63,429 nucleotides of DNA, filler included, from Octopus bimaculoides (GCF_001194135.2; 6 parts of 5 records of this genome joined end to end with filler, not necessarily neighbours in it), one strand, 5' to 3'; numbered from the whole stretch's first letter, positions 10,396-22,920 are shown. Made by a program: numbers and translations. Notes: generated by a model from the sequence alone, not told the origin.

Positions 10396-10611
10396 TCTTT
10401 ATTTGTGTATTAAGGCTACTATTGGTTTCATGTTAAGGAAAATATCTTGATATCTTAATAAATTTTCAAGCCAATCACATGGAGGAATGGTGTTCATCTC
10501 CATTTTGGAGACAATCACCACTCCTCCATGTGATCGGCTCGAAAATTTGTTGAGATATTAAAATATTTTCTTCACATGAAACCAATGGTAGCCTTAATAC
10601 ACAAATAAAGA
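10396..10611. repeat. Near-perfect 216-bp palindrome
   Basis: TCTTTATTTGTGTATTAAGGCTAC..TCTCCA-TTT-TGGAGA..GTAGCCTTAATACACAAATAAAGA. Arm mismatches are mostly transitions. Confidence 0.92.
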
Positions 10612-11413
10612 CGTTCTATCCACCAATGTGATGTTGAGCACTCAGTCTCATCATTTGACATTTATGTACACACACAAACACAAACAAACACATACATAGT
10701 TGTTTTGCAAGATTCCTGATGTGAAACCATGTGTTGAAACAGATATTGGTATATTTTGGGAGGGTCATTTTCCCTTGGGGGGGGGAGGAAATAAACACAC
10801 ACACACTATATATATTCATTCTCCACTTATTGAAGAGGTCACAGAAGATTTCCAGACAAAGGACATAAAATAAAAATAATAATAAATCTGAAGTGAAGAA
10901 AAAATATACAGTGCATGTATTTAAAAAAGAAATTAAAAACGACCCTCCCAAAATATAACAATACACACACATATATGTATTCATACATACACACATATGT
11001 ATGCATATCTTTTGAATATTTGTGTAACAGATAAAGTGCTTAGTTGCCCTTATGTAGGACTACATCATCTAATTTGCACTTCTTATTTTAAGATGGGAGG
11101 CTGTGACTTTGACTGCTATTTCTAGCAAATTGAGCTTCTTGAATATTTAGGTAAGTTACAGCAAATGGGAAGTGCATGCTTAAAAAAATGATTTCTCAGA
11201 AGCAGGTGTAAAAATCATTTCAGTTAATTTAATAATCTTCAGATGCTTGAATTAAAATATATGAATATATGAGTTAACGAACCTGTGTAATTAAAGTTGC
11301 TTAGAGTTTCAATGTCTTGAGATATGTAATAATTATTTTCTAGCAATGTAGGGTACATTTTCCATACAAACGTTGATGTGTGTGAACACATATGTATGTG
11401 AGCATACATACAT

Positions 11414-11458
<45 letters not shown>

Positions 11459-11835
11459 TGAGTGAATTATGATATTGTTTTGGCATAATGACAGTAATAA
11501 CCAATTATTTAGAACTCAATATATTTATGTTTTAGAGTAAAGTGTTAATTAAGTACAGAGTGTAATATTAAGTAACTAATTCCACCGAGGTTGACTTTGC
11601 CATTCATCATATCAGGGTTGATTAAATAAATACCGGTTGAATACTGGGGTTGATATAATTAAATAATCCCTTTGCTTAGCCTCTTGCTAAAATTTGAAAC
11701 ATTCATGAAAGACAAGAGAACAACAGTTATATAATCACTTTCATTAGCTTACAGTTATTTCTACTGCATTGAGAGTCAAGTGCTTGTGCAGGATCCTATA
11801 GCTTCTTCAGAGTTATTAAAATGATATCCGTCTGT

Positions 11836-11956
11836 CCGTCGGTCTGTCTGTCTATCTGGTCTGTCTGTCTGTCTATCTGGTCTGTCTGTCTGTCTATCTG
11901 GTCTGTCTGTCTGTCTATCTGGTCTGTCTGTCTGTCTATCTGGTCTGTCTGTCTGG
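11836..11956. repeat. 21-bp minisatellite (CTGGTCTGTCTGTCTGTCTAT), ~5-6 units
   Basis: Directly visible; gives the QIDRQTD peptide repeat in the ORF track. Confidence 0.9.
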
Positions 11957-11964
11957 TAATGGTA

Positions 11965-12215
11965 AAAATTTCAATTCCTTGGATGACGTAAAAAGATACC
12001 TTGATGAATTCTTTGCCATGAAACCGCCTCAATTCTGGGAAGAGGGTAATGTACATAATTCCTCATCTTTTAAATATAGAACTGTAAGATCAAAGAGGTA
12101 TTCAAAGATCTCCCCAGGGACACGGCAAGGAATACATGCACAGATTTCGGAAGCCAATCTAAGGCTGTGGTGAAAGCTGAGGGCAGCTTCTTTGAACAAA
12201 CTGTTATCTCCCAGT
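11965..12215 (+). mobile_element. Mosaic of a mariner C-terminal fragment, a family H 3' terminus (12047-12085) and a Tc1/maT-like C-terminal fragment
   Basis: DDVKRYLDEFFAMKPPQFWEEG is mariner-like. AATGTACATAATTCCTCATCTTTTAAATATAGAACTG matches 24451-24487. 12087-12215 matches 36040-36155. Confidence 0.7.
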
Positions 12216-12967
12216 GATAACCTAGTCAATATTTTTTGATTTTTAAAAAATTACTTTTATTTTTAGATAGGATATTGTGTTTCTTTCTTCCTTTTACATA
12301 AACTGTGAAATTTAGCCCAAAACACCCTGTATGTTAGCATTGAATTGAAACAGTTAGATAAAGCATGGTACAAAATATCAAGCCATACTTGTTTGTGAGT
12401 GGTAACTGGTTCTTTATTTATGCTCACAGGGCTTAATGAACCAAAAGTCATAGTAAAAGAGACATGCCTAATGTGTTGAACTCTGCAGCATATAGTTCTA
12501 AAACAAATCTCACGAGCATGTAATTATTTATAAAATAAATACTTTCAGTCTTATTTTTTTGATGCTTTAGAAACAACTTATCAAACGTTTTATGACGGGA
12601 CGCTCCAATTTAAATATAAACACTGTAGAATAGCTACATTGTTTCACGGAACTGGTGGAGGTGGTGATGGTAGCGGTGGGGCCAGGTTGGTTGGTAAGCA
12701 AAGAGTTAAAGTTTACATTTGGGAAGAATACTAACTGCACAGAGAAGATAAAACTACAAGAGAGTAAGTGTTTTCACGTTGCGGAACTCATAAAACTGCA
12801 TGGAACATATTTTGAATGCCAACAAATACTGCTTGGGACACAAATATCTGACGAGTTCAAACACACACACAAACACTTCGCACGGTTATATAATTGCACA
12901 TAGGCTTCATTCCTCATCAGTCTCATCTGAGGTTCAATATGATCCTTGTTGCTCTTCTATTGCTATA

Positions 12968-13293
12968 CATCATCATCATCGTCGTTTAACGTCCGCTTTC
13001 GATGCTAGCATGGGTTGGACGATTTGACTGAGGACTAGCGAACCAGATGGCTGCACCAGGTTCCAATCTGATTTGGCAGAGTTTCTACAGCTGGATGCCC
13101 TTCCTAACGCCAACCACTCCGAGAGTGTAGTGGGTGCTTTTACGTGCCACAGGCACGAAGGCCAGTCAGGCGGTACTGGCAAAGGCCACGCTCGAAATGG
13201 TGTATTTTATGTGCCACCCGCACAAGAGCCAGTCCAGGGGCACTGGCAACGATCTCACTCGAAAGTCCTTACACATGCCGCAGGCACAAGTGC
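12968..13293 (-). mobile_element. RTE-tailed retroposon (family D)
   Basis: Family tail and core; runs into a gap. Confidence 0.9.
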
Positions 13294-13675
13294 NNNNNNN
13301 NNNNNNNNNNNNNNNNNNNNNNNNNNNNNNNNNNNNNNNNNNNNNNNNNNNNNNNNNNNNNNNNNNNNNNNNNNNNNNNNNNNNNNNNNNNNNNNNNNNN
13401 NNNNNNNNNNNNNNNNNNNNNNNNNNNNNNNNNNNNNNNNNNNNNNNNNNNNNNNNNNNNNNNNNNNNNNNNNNNNNNNNNNNNNNNNNNNNNNNNNNNN
13501 NNNNNNNNNNNNNNNNNNNNNNNNNNNNNNNNNNNNNNNNNNNNNNNNNNNNNNNNNNNNNNNNNNNNNNNNNNNNNNNNNNNNNNNNNNNNNNNNNNNN
13601 NNNNNNNNNNNNNNNNNNNNNNNNNNNNNNNNNNNNNNNNNNNNNNNNNNNNNNNNNNNNNNNNNNNNNNNNNNN

Positions 13676-13717
<42 letters not shown>

Positions 13718-13719
<2 letters not shown>

Positions 13720-13932
13720 AGACACCATTTCGAGCATGGCCGTTTTCGTGCGGGTGACACGTAAAAGCACCCACTACACTCTGAGTGGTTGGCATTAGGA
13801 AGGGCATCCAGCTGTAGAAACTCTGCCGAATTAGATTGGAGCCTGGTGTTGCCATCCGGTTTCACCAGTCCTCAGTCAAATCGTCCAACCCATGCTAGCA
13901 TGGAAGGCGGACGTTAAACGATGATGATGATG

Positions 13933-13934
<2 letters not shown>
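13718..13934 (+). mobile_element. RTE-tailed retroposon (family D)
   Basis: Family core and ACGTTAAACGATGATGATG tail. Confidence 0.9.
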
Positions 13935-13967
<33 letters not shown>

Positions 13968-14762
13968 CACACACACATATATATACACACACACACAGGG
14001 GTGTGTATGATTGTGTATAGAAGAATATATTACTCAAAGTAATTCCAACTTTGATTTTCACATTTTATTTACAATCTTATAATAATATAATATAAGATAA
14101 TAATATAATATAATGGAATGATAGAATATTAAATGTCCATTCTGATTGAACTAATCCTTTCATGCATTAATCTATGCAATCTTCAGGTTCATGTAGTCGT
14201 GGTGTCAGTTATGTTTTACAATTTACGACTATTTCAAATTTTGGCATAAGGCCAGCAATCTCCTGGGAGAAGATAAGTCAATTAGATCAACCCCAGTATT
14301 TAACTGGTACTGGTATTTATCTTACTATATCAAGCCCAAAGGGCTGAAAGGCAAAGTTGACCTCAGTAGAATTTAAATTCAGTGAATAAAGAACCAACAG
14401 AAATGCCACAAGTCCTTCTGTTTGATGCATTAATGATTCTTTGATAACACTTTCATGAATGCGATACAGTTTTAGCTTCACTTTGAAATGTAAATAAATG
14501 TAAAGAAATGTAAACAAATGCAAATAGCTTCTGCCCACTGCATGGTAAAAATAATTGTTTACATTTTATAGCAAAGCTAAAATTGTTTTGTACCATTAAA
14601 AGTTTACATTACATTTCATATTGAATAATTGTCTGTCCAGTTTGAAACTAGAAAAAAACAAATTGTTTCTGACTTAAGCAGAAAGCTTCATTATATGAGA
14701 ATGAGGTTTGGTTGATTGTAATGATCCCAGTTCTTGTCTAATACTATGATTTATTGTTCCCA

Positions 14763-15215
14763 CATCATCATCTTTTAACGTCTGCCTTCCATGCTGGCAT
14801 GGGTTGGACGGTTTCACAGGAGCTGGCCAAGCGGGAGCCTGCACCAGACTTCTGTGTTAGTTTTGGCACAGTTTTTACAGGTGAGGTCAGTTTTTGTATG
14901 GTTTCTACAGCTGGATGTCCTTCCTAACACCAACCACCCAGCAGAGTGGACAGATTGCATTCTATGTGGCACAAACACAGGTGAGGTCAGTTTTGGCACA
15001 AGTTTTACAGCTGGATGTCCTTCCAAACACCAACCACCCAGCAAAGTGGACAGAGTGCTTTTTACGAGGCTCAAACACAGGTAAGGTCAGTTTTGGCATG
15101 GGTTTTACAGCTGGATGTCCTTCCTAACACCAACCAGCTAACAGAGTGGACAGAGTGCTTTTTATATGGTACAAAAACAGGTGAGGTCAGTTTTGGTACA
15201 AGTTTTACAGGTGGA
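14763..15215 (-). mobile_element. Family D variant with an internal 100-bp tandem array
   Basis: GT(G/A)AGGTCAGTTTT recurs at 14881, 14981, 15081 and 15181. Each full unit contains the GCTGGATGTCCTTCC..CACCAACC core. Confidence 0.85.
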
Positions 15216-15457
15216 TATGATACATTAAATTAAATAATTCTATAATACTCCAAGCACAAGGCCTGAAATTTTATGGGGAGGTGGCTAGTTTATCACATTG
15301 ACCCTAGTGGTCAGCTCATACTTATTTCATTGACCTCGGAAGGATGACAAGCAAAGTTGACCCCAATGGAATTTCAACTGAGAACGTAAAGCCGGACCAA
15401 ATGCTCCGAAGCATTTTCTCTGGCATCCTAACAATTCAGCCCCCAGTTTACTGCTTT

Positions 15458-16037
15458 ATCATCATCATCATCATCATCATCGTTTAACGTCCGCTTTCCA
15501 TGCTAGCATGGGTTGGACGATTTGACTGAGGACTGGTGAAACTGGATGGCAACACCAGGCTCCAATCTAATTTGGCAGAGTTTCTACAGCTGGATGCCCT
15601 TCCTAACGCCAACCACTCAGAGAGTGTAGTGGGTGCTTTTATGTGTCACCCGCACGAAGGCCAGTCAGGTGGTACTGGCAAAGGCCACGCTCGAAATGGT
15701 GTCTTTTATGTGCGACCCGCACAAAAGCCAGTCCAGGGGCACTGGCAACGATCTCGCTCGAAAATCCTACGAAGGCCAGTCAGGCGGCACTGGCAATGGT
15801 CACGCTCAAAATGGTGCATCTTATGTGCCACCCGCACAAGAGCCAGTCCAGGGGCACTGGCAACGATCTCACTTGGCTTGCCGGGTCTTCTCACGCACAG
15901 CACATATATATCGTCATCGTCGTTTAACGTCCGCTTTCCATGCTAGCATGGGTTGGATGATTTGACTGAGGACTGGTGAAACCAGATGGCTACACTAGGC
16001 TCCAATCTGATTTGGCAGTGTTTCCACAGCTGGATGC
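15458..16037 (-). mobile_element. Two tandem family D copies (15458-15900 with a duplicated internal module; 15911-16037 truncated)
   Basis: Two (CAT/CGT)n-TTTAACGTCCGCTTTCCATGCTAGC starts. Confidence 0.9.
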
Positions 16038-16372
16038 TTTATATATAGACTATGTAATCTTTTCTATTATAGGCACAAGGGGGTGGGCATGGTTGGCAAC
16101 ATCAACCTCAGTTCTTGACAAGTATTTATTTCATAGACCCTTGAAAGGATAAAAGGCAGTCGGCCTTGGTGGAATTTGAACTCACAGCATAAACATGGAC
16201 AGAATGCCACTGCGTATTCTCTCCAGTGTCTTAACAATTCATTCAGCTCATTGCCTTATATGGGATTAAATAACAAAAAGAAAAACATATGATCTGGTGG
16301 TGGTGGTGGTGGTGGTGGTGGTGAAATAAATGGCAGAAACTGTAGATTATATTTACTATAAATGACCAATGT

Positions 16373-16668
16373 GTGGAGGCACATGGCCTGGTGGTTAGAG
16401 TAGCGGACTTGCGGTTGATGGATCATGGGTTCAAATCTCAGACCGGGTGATATGTGTGTTTATGAGTGAAACACCTAAGCTCCATGTGGCTCTGGCAGAA
16501 GGCAAGGGTGAACTTCTGCTGACTCTTTTGCCACAACATTCTCTTGCATCTGGCAGATCACCTGTGATGGACCGGCGTCCCATCCAACTGGGGAACCTGT
16601 TCGCCAATGAAACCAGGAAATCGGCCCTTATGAGCCAGGCATGGCTCGAGAAGGAACAAACAACAACA
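16373..16668 (+). mobile_element. tRNA-derived SINE (family E head, Arg-like tentative) with a V-domain-like segment and (ACA)n tail
   Basis: TGGCCTGGTGGTTAG A-box and GGGTTCAAATCTC B-box. CCTGTGATGGACCGGCGTCCCATCC resembles the V-SINE domain (recalled, not searched). Confidence 0.7.
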
Positions 16669-16689
16669 TAAATGACCATTTAATTCCAT

Positions 16690-16945
16690 CAAGCATGGAT
16701 GTGTGGTTAAGGGTTAAGAAACCTGCTTCCCAACCATATGGTCATAGGTTAAAATATGCTGCTAAAACATGTCTGGTCATGGGGAAATATCTTACTTGGA
16801 AACAGGTGAAGGTTGGCAACATGACAGAAAGGATATCTGGCCACAGAAAATCTGTCTCAATGAAAAGCAAAAGCAAAAGCCAAAATATTCCATCTGACCC
16901 ATGCATGCATTGAAAAATGGATGTAAAAACCAATGATGATGATGA
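16690..16945 (+). mobile_element. Old SINE with an A-like head and an RTE-type tail
   Basis: GGATGTGTGGTTAAG..CCCAACCATATGG head; CTGACCCATGCATGCATTGAAAAATGGATGTAAAA..(GAT)n tail. Confidence 0.6.
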
Positions 16946-17046
16946 TTTATTGAATTCTGAGCACTGAGAACAGTGTGGTGGATTTAATATACGATGGAAT
17001 GAAATAATAGTGTGTGTTTTTTTTTGAGGTGAAGAATCACTATGGT

Positions 17047-17430
17047 GCAGGAGTAGCTGTGTGGTAAGTAGCTTGCTTACCAACCACATGGTTCCGGGTT
17101 CAGTCCCATTGCGTGGAACATTGGGCAAGTGTCTTCTACTACAGCCTTGGGCCGAGCAAAGCCTTGTAAGTGAATTTGGTAGATGGAAACTGAAAGAAGC
17201 CTGTCGTATATATGTATATGTTTGTGTGTCTGTGTTTGTCCCCCCCACCATCGCTTGATAACCGATGCTGGTGTGTTCACGTCCCCGTAACTTAGCGGTT
17301 CGGCAAAACAGACCAATAGAATAAGTACTAGGCTTACAAAGAATAAGTCCTGGGGTCGATTTACTCGACTAAAAGGCGGTGCTCGAGCATGGCTGCAGTC
17401 AAATGACTGAAACAAGTAAAAGAGTAAAAG
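17047..17430 (+). mobile_element. Family A SINE, full length. Other copies at 17968-18136(+), 26745-27116(+), 38268-38606(-), 49135-49600(-), 62995-63210(-)
   Basis: Same head, CORE-like segment and tail as 2488-2898. Confidence 0.9.
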
Positions 17431-18989
17431 AGAGTAATCCACAGTGTAACTGCAAAACAGATATGGGTGAGAATGACGTATATGTGTGAACATGATAAAA
17501 ACTACAATAAACAACAACAACAACAACAATAGCAGAGTATTTTGAAAGTGTATCATGAAAGGAATAAAGAAACAAGTGTGAGATGAGAGAGAACAGCTCA
17601 GAATTAAAAGCATCAGTCACTGTTTACAAGAGAAACGACCGGAATGACATTTGTTTAAAACAAGTTAATTAGAATAGGAGGAGCATTGCTCATAATCTTT
17701 GCAGAATCTCTCAGACTTGGTCTGTTTGATCCAGTTGGTGTTATTCTAAACAGCTGCAGTAAGAATGCAGGGGGGATAAGAAAAACTGAGAATCAGGCTT
17801 GGTCTTGTCTAATCTGGTCTGGTCTGGTCTGGTCTGGTTTGGTTTGGTTTGGTTTGCTCGAAATTCTTGCAACAGAGTGAATGTTGCATAAAGCATTGCA
17901 ACCAAACAGTAGGGGTTGGTGATGGTACTGAAGAGAGCAGTATATTGGATCTAAAATTTATCTTAGGTGTAGGAGTGACTGTGTGGTAAGTAGCTTGCTT
18001 ACGAACCACATGGTTCCAGGTTCAGTCCCACTGCGTGGCACCTTGGGCAAGTGTCTTCTACTATAGCCTCAGGCCGACCAAAGCCTTGTGAATGAATTTG
18101 GCAGATGGAAACTGAAAGAAGCCCATCGTATATATGNNNNNNNNNNNNNNNNNNNNNNNNNNNNNNNNNNNNNNNNNNNNNNNNNNNNNNNNNNNNNNNN
18201 NNNNNNNNNNNNNNNNNNNNNNNNNNNNNNNNNNNNNNNNNNNNNNNNNNNNNNNNNNNNNNNNNNNNNNNNNNNNNNNNNNNNNNNNNNNNNNNNNNNN
18301 NNNNNNNNNNNNNNNNNNNNNNNNNNNNNTATATATATATATATATATATGCATATATATTGGAGGGTTTGGAGGTGATGTACAGGAATTATATATTAGA
18401 AAAAATAATAAGGTACTCAGATATCTGGATGGTTGTACATTTACAGATTTTTATTAACATGTCACATGTTTTATAGATATTAGCGCTTGCCAATGATTGA
18501 AACAAGTAAAAGATAAAAGATATATTTTCCATTTTTGTTAAACCTTCCCTCTGGTCTAACTTCTCTAAACAAGAGCCTTTCAAATTTTTTTATGACATAG
18601 GGTCTCACAAAGTTTAAATCCAGCAATGGATTAAACAACAAACGTTTAATCCCAGTTCCACAAATGGTTGCTATGACAACGATAATGAAGAGCAACAAAC
18701 ATGAATTTACTCCTTAACAGTTATACAGTTTGAAGCCAGGTAAACAGGAAATGGATTTAAAAGAGGATTTAACAGAGAATTTGAAAGGTTTAAAGTATCA
18801 GAAAATAAAAGCTACTATAAGGTTGATGGATGACAGGATCAGAGGAGCACAAAACAAAAGACAGGATGAGATATGGGCTCTTGTAATTCTGGGTTCAAAT
18901 TCCATTCAGGTCCACTATGATTTTGATTTTCATCTGTTCAAAGTCAATGAATTGAGTACCAATAATTTATTGGAAGAGAATCTCTCTTT

Positions 18990-19452
18990 TTACGCTTTTA
19001 CTTGTTTCAGTCATTTGACTGCGGTCACGCTGGAGCACCGCCTTTAGTCGAGCAAATCAACCCAAGGGCTTATTCTTTGTAAGCCTAGTACTTATTCTAT
19101 CGGTCTCTTTTGCCGAACAGCTAAGTTACGGGGACGTAAACATACCACCATCAGTTGTCAAGCAATGTTGGGGAGACAAACAGAGACACACAAACACACA
19201 CACATATATATATACATATATACGACGGGCTTCTTTCAGTTTCTGTCTACCAAATCCACTCACAAGGCTTTGGTCGGCCTGAGGCTATAGTAGAAGAAAC
19301 TTGCCCCGTAATTTAGCGGTTCAGCATAAGACACCGATAGAATAAGTACTAGGCTTCCAAAGAATAAATTCTGCGGTCGATTTGTTCGACTAAAAGCGAT
19401 GCTGCAACATGGCCACAGTCAAATGAGTGAAACAAGTTAAAGAGTAAAAGAG
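18990..19452. mobile_element. Tail-out inverted pair of family A SINE segments (18990-19302 minus, 19303-19452 plus)
   Basis: The minus copy breaks at ACTTGCCC and joins CGTAATTTAGCGG.. of a plus-strand tail. Confidence 0.8.
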
Positions 19453-20099
19453 TATTTCGCAATAAAATGTAGTTTGAAAATATAACATTCCTCAACAAAT
19501 GATAGATTCGTAAATAAAACTATTTTCCAAACCCTTTAAGATGGTATTACAACATGGTTGCAGTCCAATGACTGAAGCAAGCAAAAAGATAAAAAATAAA
19601 ATTCATAGACAGACTTAGCTGTTGATGAAGATTTCAAGTTGGCAACAAGGAATATGATATCTTACCTGGAAAATAAAATAAAAATAATATAAATAAACTG
19701 ACAAATGTCAATATACGAGAAGCGGAATTAATTATTTCACAACAAACATGATTCTTAAATTGGTGTTTAAATTTGTTTGTTTACCTGTTTGACTTTTTTA
19801 GAATTATTTTTTCATTGTAATTTTTGCTCTTTAAATTTTATATTTATTTTCTACAATTATTTTTAATTTTTCATGTATATATTTTCTATTTACTTTCTAT
19901 ATTTATTTTATATTTTTCACTTATATATTTATTTATTTTCTATAACAATTTTTTATTTATTTTTCACATTTTTTTTTCTTATATTCTTATGTATTTTCTA
20001 TATTTTTCCATATATATTTGTATTTATTTTCTATGACTATTTTTTTATTCTTCATACATATACTTATTTTTATTTATTTTCTATACATTTATTTTTTTT

Positions 20100-20139
<40 letters not shown>

Positions 20140-21540
20140 TTTATATGAATATTCTATATTTATTTGTTATTTTTACATTATATCTTCTCCAATTTTTAGA
20201 ATTAGCTTAAATAAAAATGAAGAAGAAGAAGAAGAAGAATTGGAAGACGAAGAAGGAGAGAGAGAGAGAGAGGAGGAAGAGGANNNNNNNNNNNNNNNNN
20301 NNNNNNNNNNNNNNNNNNNNNNNNNNNNNNNNNNNNNNNNNNNNNNNNNNNNNNNNNNNNNNNNNNNNNNNNNNNNNNNNNNNNNNNNNNNNNNNNNNNN
20401 NNNNNNNNNNNNNNNNNNNNNNNNNNNNNNNNNNNNNNNNNNNNNNNNNNNNNNNNNNNNNNNNNNNNNNNNNNNNNNNNNNNNNNNNNNNNNNNNNNNN
20501 NNNNNNNNNNNNNNNNNNNNNNNNNNNNNAAAAACAAAAACAACCTAAAGTTTCATAAATAGAACATTATAAAGAAAGACAGAAAGAAAGAAACAAAACT
20601 AAATCTGATTTTGGTTCAACGAAAGATAATTGAAAATTTAGAATTTAAAGATAATGATGATAATGACGATGATGATGATGATGACAACGACGACGACGAC
20701 GACGACGATGATGATGATGATGATGATGCTGGAGAAGTGTGCTAATAAAATTTTTTTTTTTTTTTTAAGGAAGAAAGTACGGAAAATGTGAAAGGGAAAA
20801 ATGAAAGAAAAGAAAACCAATAATAATTATAACGCTACTACTACTACTACCACCACCACTATTATTACTACCACCACCACCACCACTACTACCACTACCA
20901 CCACCACCACCACCACTACTACTATCACCACTACCACCACCACTACAAAGAAGAAGAAGAAGAAGAAGAAGAAGAAGAAGAAGAAGAAGAAGAAGGAGAA
21001 GAAGAAGAAGAATAGGAAGAAGACAAATAATAAGAAGAAGAATTGGAAGAATTGGAAGAAGAAGATGAATAAGAAGAAGAAGAAGAATTGGAAGAAGAAG
21101 AAGATAATGATGATGATGATGATGATGATGATGGTGATGGTGAATTTTGTAAAAATAAGTTGCAAGAATCTTAATCTTGGTAAGAGGAACCTTCAAAACA
21201 AAATGCCAACACAGATGGTTTCTCAAATGACTCTGGCAATGTTTATTCAGCAAGCTTTAATAGCAGAAATTATAAATATCAACAGCGGCAGTAAAAAACA
21301 ACATCAAGAACCACAACAACAAAAAAGCAGTAGCTGCCGACAATTAAATATATTTAGCTTGGATTGTGAAATGAAATAGTATGTTTGAGACAGATATATA
21401 TACGTGTGTGTGTGTGAGAAGGTAGGTAGTTGGTAAGGTGAGGGTACAGCAGATATATTTAAAAGTAAGGTAGACTCTGCTTGGGGAACAAGGCATTTAG
21501 AAAACAGCTCCAGAGTCTGCCTGTACGTAAGCATGTGTGT

Positions 21541-21578
<38 letters not shown>

Positions 21579-21872
21579 GTAGGTAGGTGGGTGGGTAAGT
21601 ATGTATGTGTGTGAAAAGAGATAGAAAGGGAAAAAGAGAGAAAAACTGTTCGGTGTGTGTGTATATATATATGTGTGTATATATGTATATGTATATATAT
21701 GTGTNNNNNNNNNNNNNNNNNNNNNNNNNNNNNNNNNNNNNNNNNNNNTTAATTAATTAANNNNNNNNNNNNNNNNNNNNNNNNNNNNNNNNNNNNNNNN
21801 NNNNCTTAAGAAAAAAGTACTTCGTTCGACCCAGCCCTTTAAGGCGGTGCCCCAGTATGGTCGCAATCTAAT

Positions 21873-22090
21873 CTTTTCTTTTCTACTCTAGATGCAATGC
21901 TCGAAAATTTTTGGGAGGGGGGCAGTCGATTAGATCGACCCCAGTGCGCAACTGGTACTTAATTTATTGACCCTGAAAGCATGAAAGGCAAAGTCGACCT
22001 CGGCAGAATTTGAATTCAGAACATAAAGACAGACGAAATACCGCTAAGCATTTCGCCCGGCGAGCTAACGTTTCTGCCAGTTCGCCGTCT
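21873..22090 (-). mobile_element. Family C SINE inserted in an A-type tail with a 17-bp target site duplication
   Basis: TATGGTCGCAATCTAAT (21856-72) and TATGGTTGCAATCTAAT (22091-107) flank a full C copy. Confidence 0.85.
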
Positions 22091-22209
22091 TATGGTTGCA
22101 ATCTAATGACTGAAACCAGTAAACGAATAAGTGCAAATATTCAGGTTTTTCACGAATCCCAGTTTTACTCCCACATTTCGAATGATACAGCAGTCTCCTC
22201 TAAAATATG

Positions 22210-22920
22210 ACAAAATATTATTTCGATCGAACAAAGATACTACCATTACTCATAACAATCAAGACAAGGTCATGCTGTATCCTCTCTAGTTTAGACAACG
22301 CACAAATAATGGACAGAGCTGGATTTAGGTTAGTTCACGCAAAGTTATTTAGGACTCTGGTTAGAGTTCATTTACTGATTAATCCTTTCTGGCGATCTCA
22401 CAACTCTAACAGTAAAAAACCAGTTCTCCAAAATTGTCCTTCTCCATTTCGTAGAAGGTGGTGACCACGAACAAGTGGTGACCACGAACAAGTGATGATG
22501 TCGCCCTACAATGAAAGAAAATATTTTCCAGTGAAATAATACGCTGGTAGTGATACTGCTTCATGCAAAATAATCATGTCCTAGAGCACCTTCAAAATAA
22601 AGTCAGCCGAATGATCGGCGAAAAGCCTCTTACTAATGCATCTCAATCCGTGGTTCATAGATACACTGTGTCCTCAACGAGCCTTTTAAACTGCAACTGT
22701 AGCATCGCTACTCCTCAGAGCGCAGCTTGTATACTGCACAAATTAGCCCAAAATGCACATCTTCTCACACCACCCATACTGTGTCTTTCCGTACTCCACC
22801 CAAAATTCTCACTAACCCCTATTTCCGCTCATGCCCGGCCAACCAAATCATCAACCACCTGGAATTTCCTTCATAAATCACAGATATTGTACACGAGGAT
22901 CCACTAGATCAATCTCAGGA
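22210..22920 (+). pseudogene. Decayed CR1/L2-group LINE, RT C-terminus and 3' end
   Basis: HVLEHLQNKVSRMIGEKPLTNASQSVVHRYTVSSTSLL resembles the LD.VQ..A.R.I...L.HRR.VASL.L motif. Confidence 0.55.

Noticed and set aside
18480-19047. ORFs 18480-18698(-) and 18730-19047(+)
   Set aside because: No recognisable domain, weak splice signals, and both end in SINE sequence.
21705-21804. TTAATTAATTAA embedded in N runs (also at ~45316, ~52638, ~58664, ~61570)
   Set aside because: 44 N + 12-mer + 44 N = 100 bp at 21705-21804, with the same layout elsewhere. It has stops in all six frames, so it is an artificial scaffold spacer, not biology.
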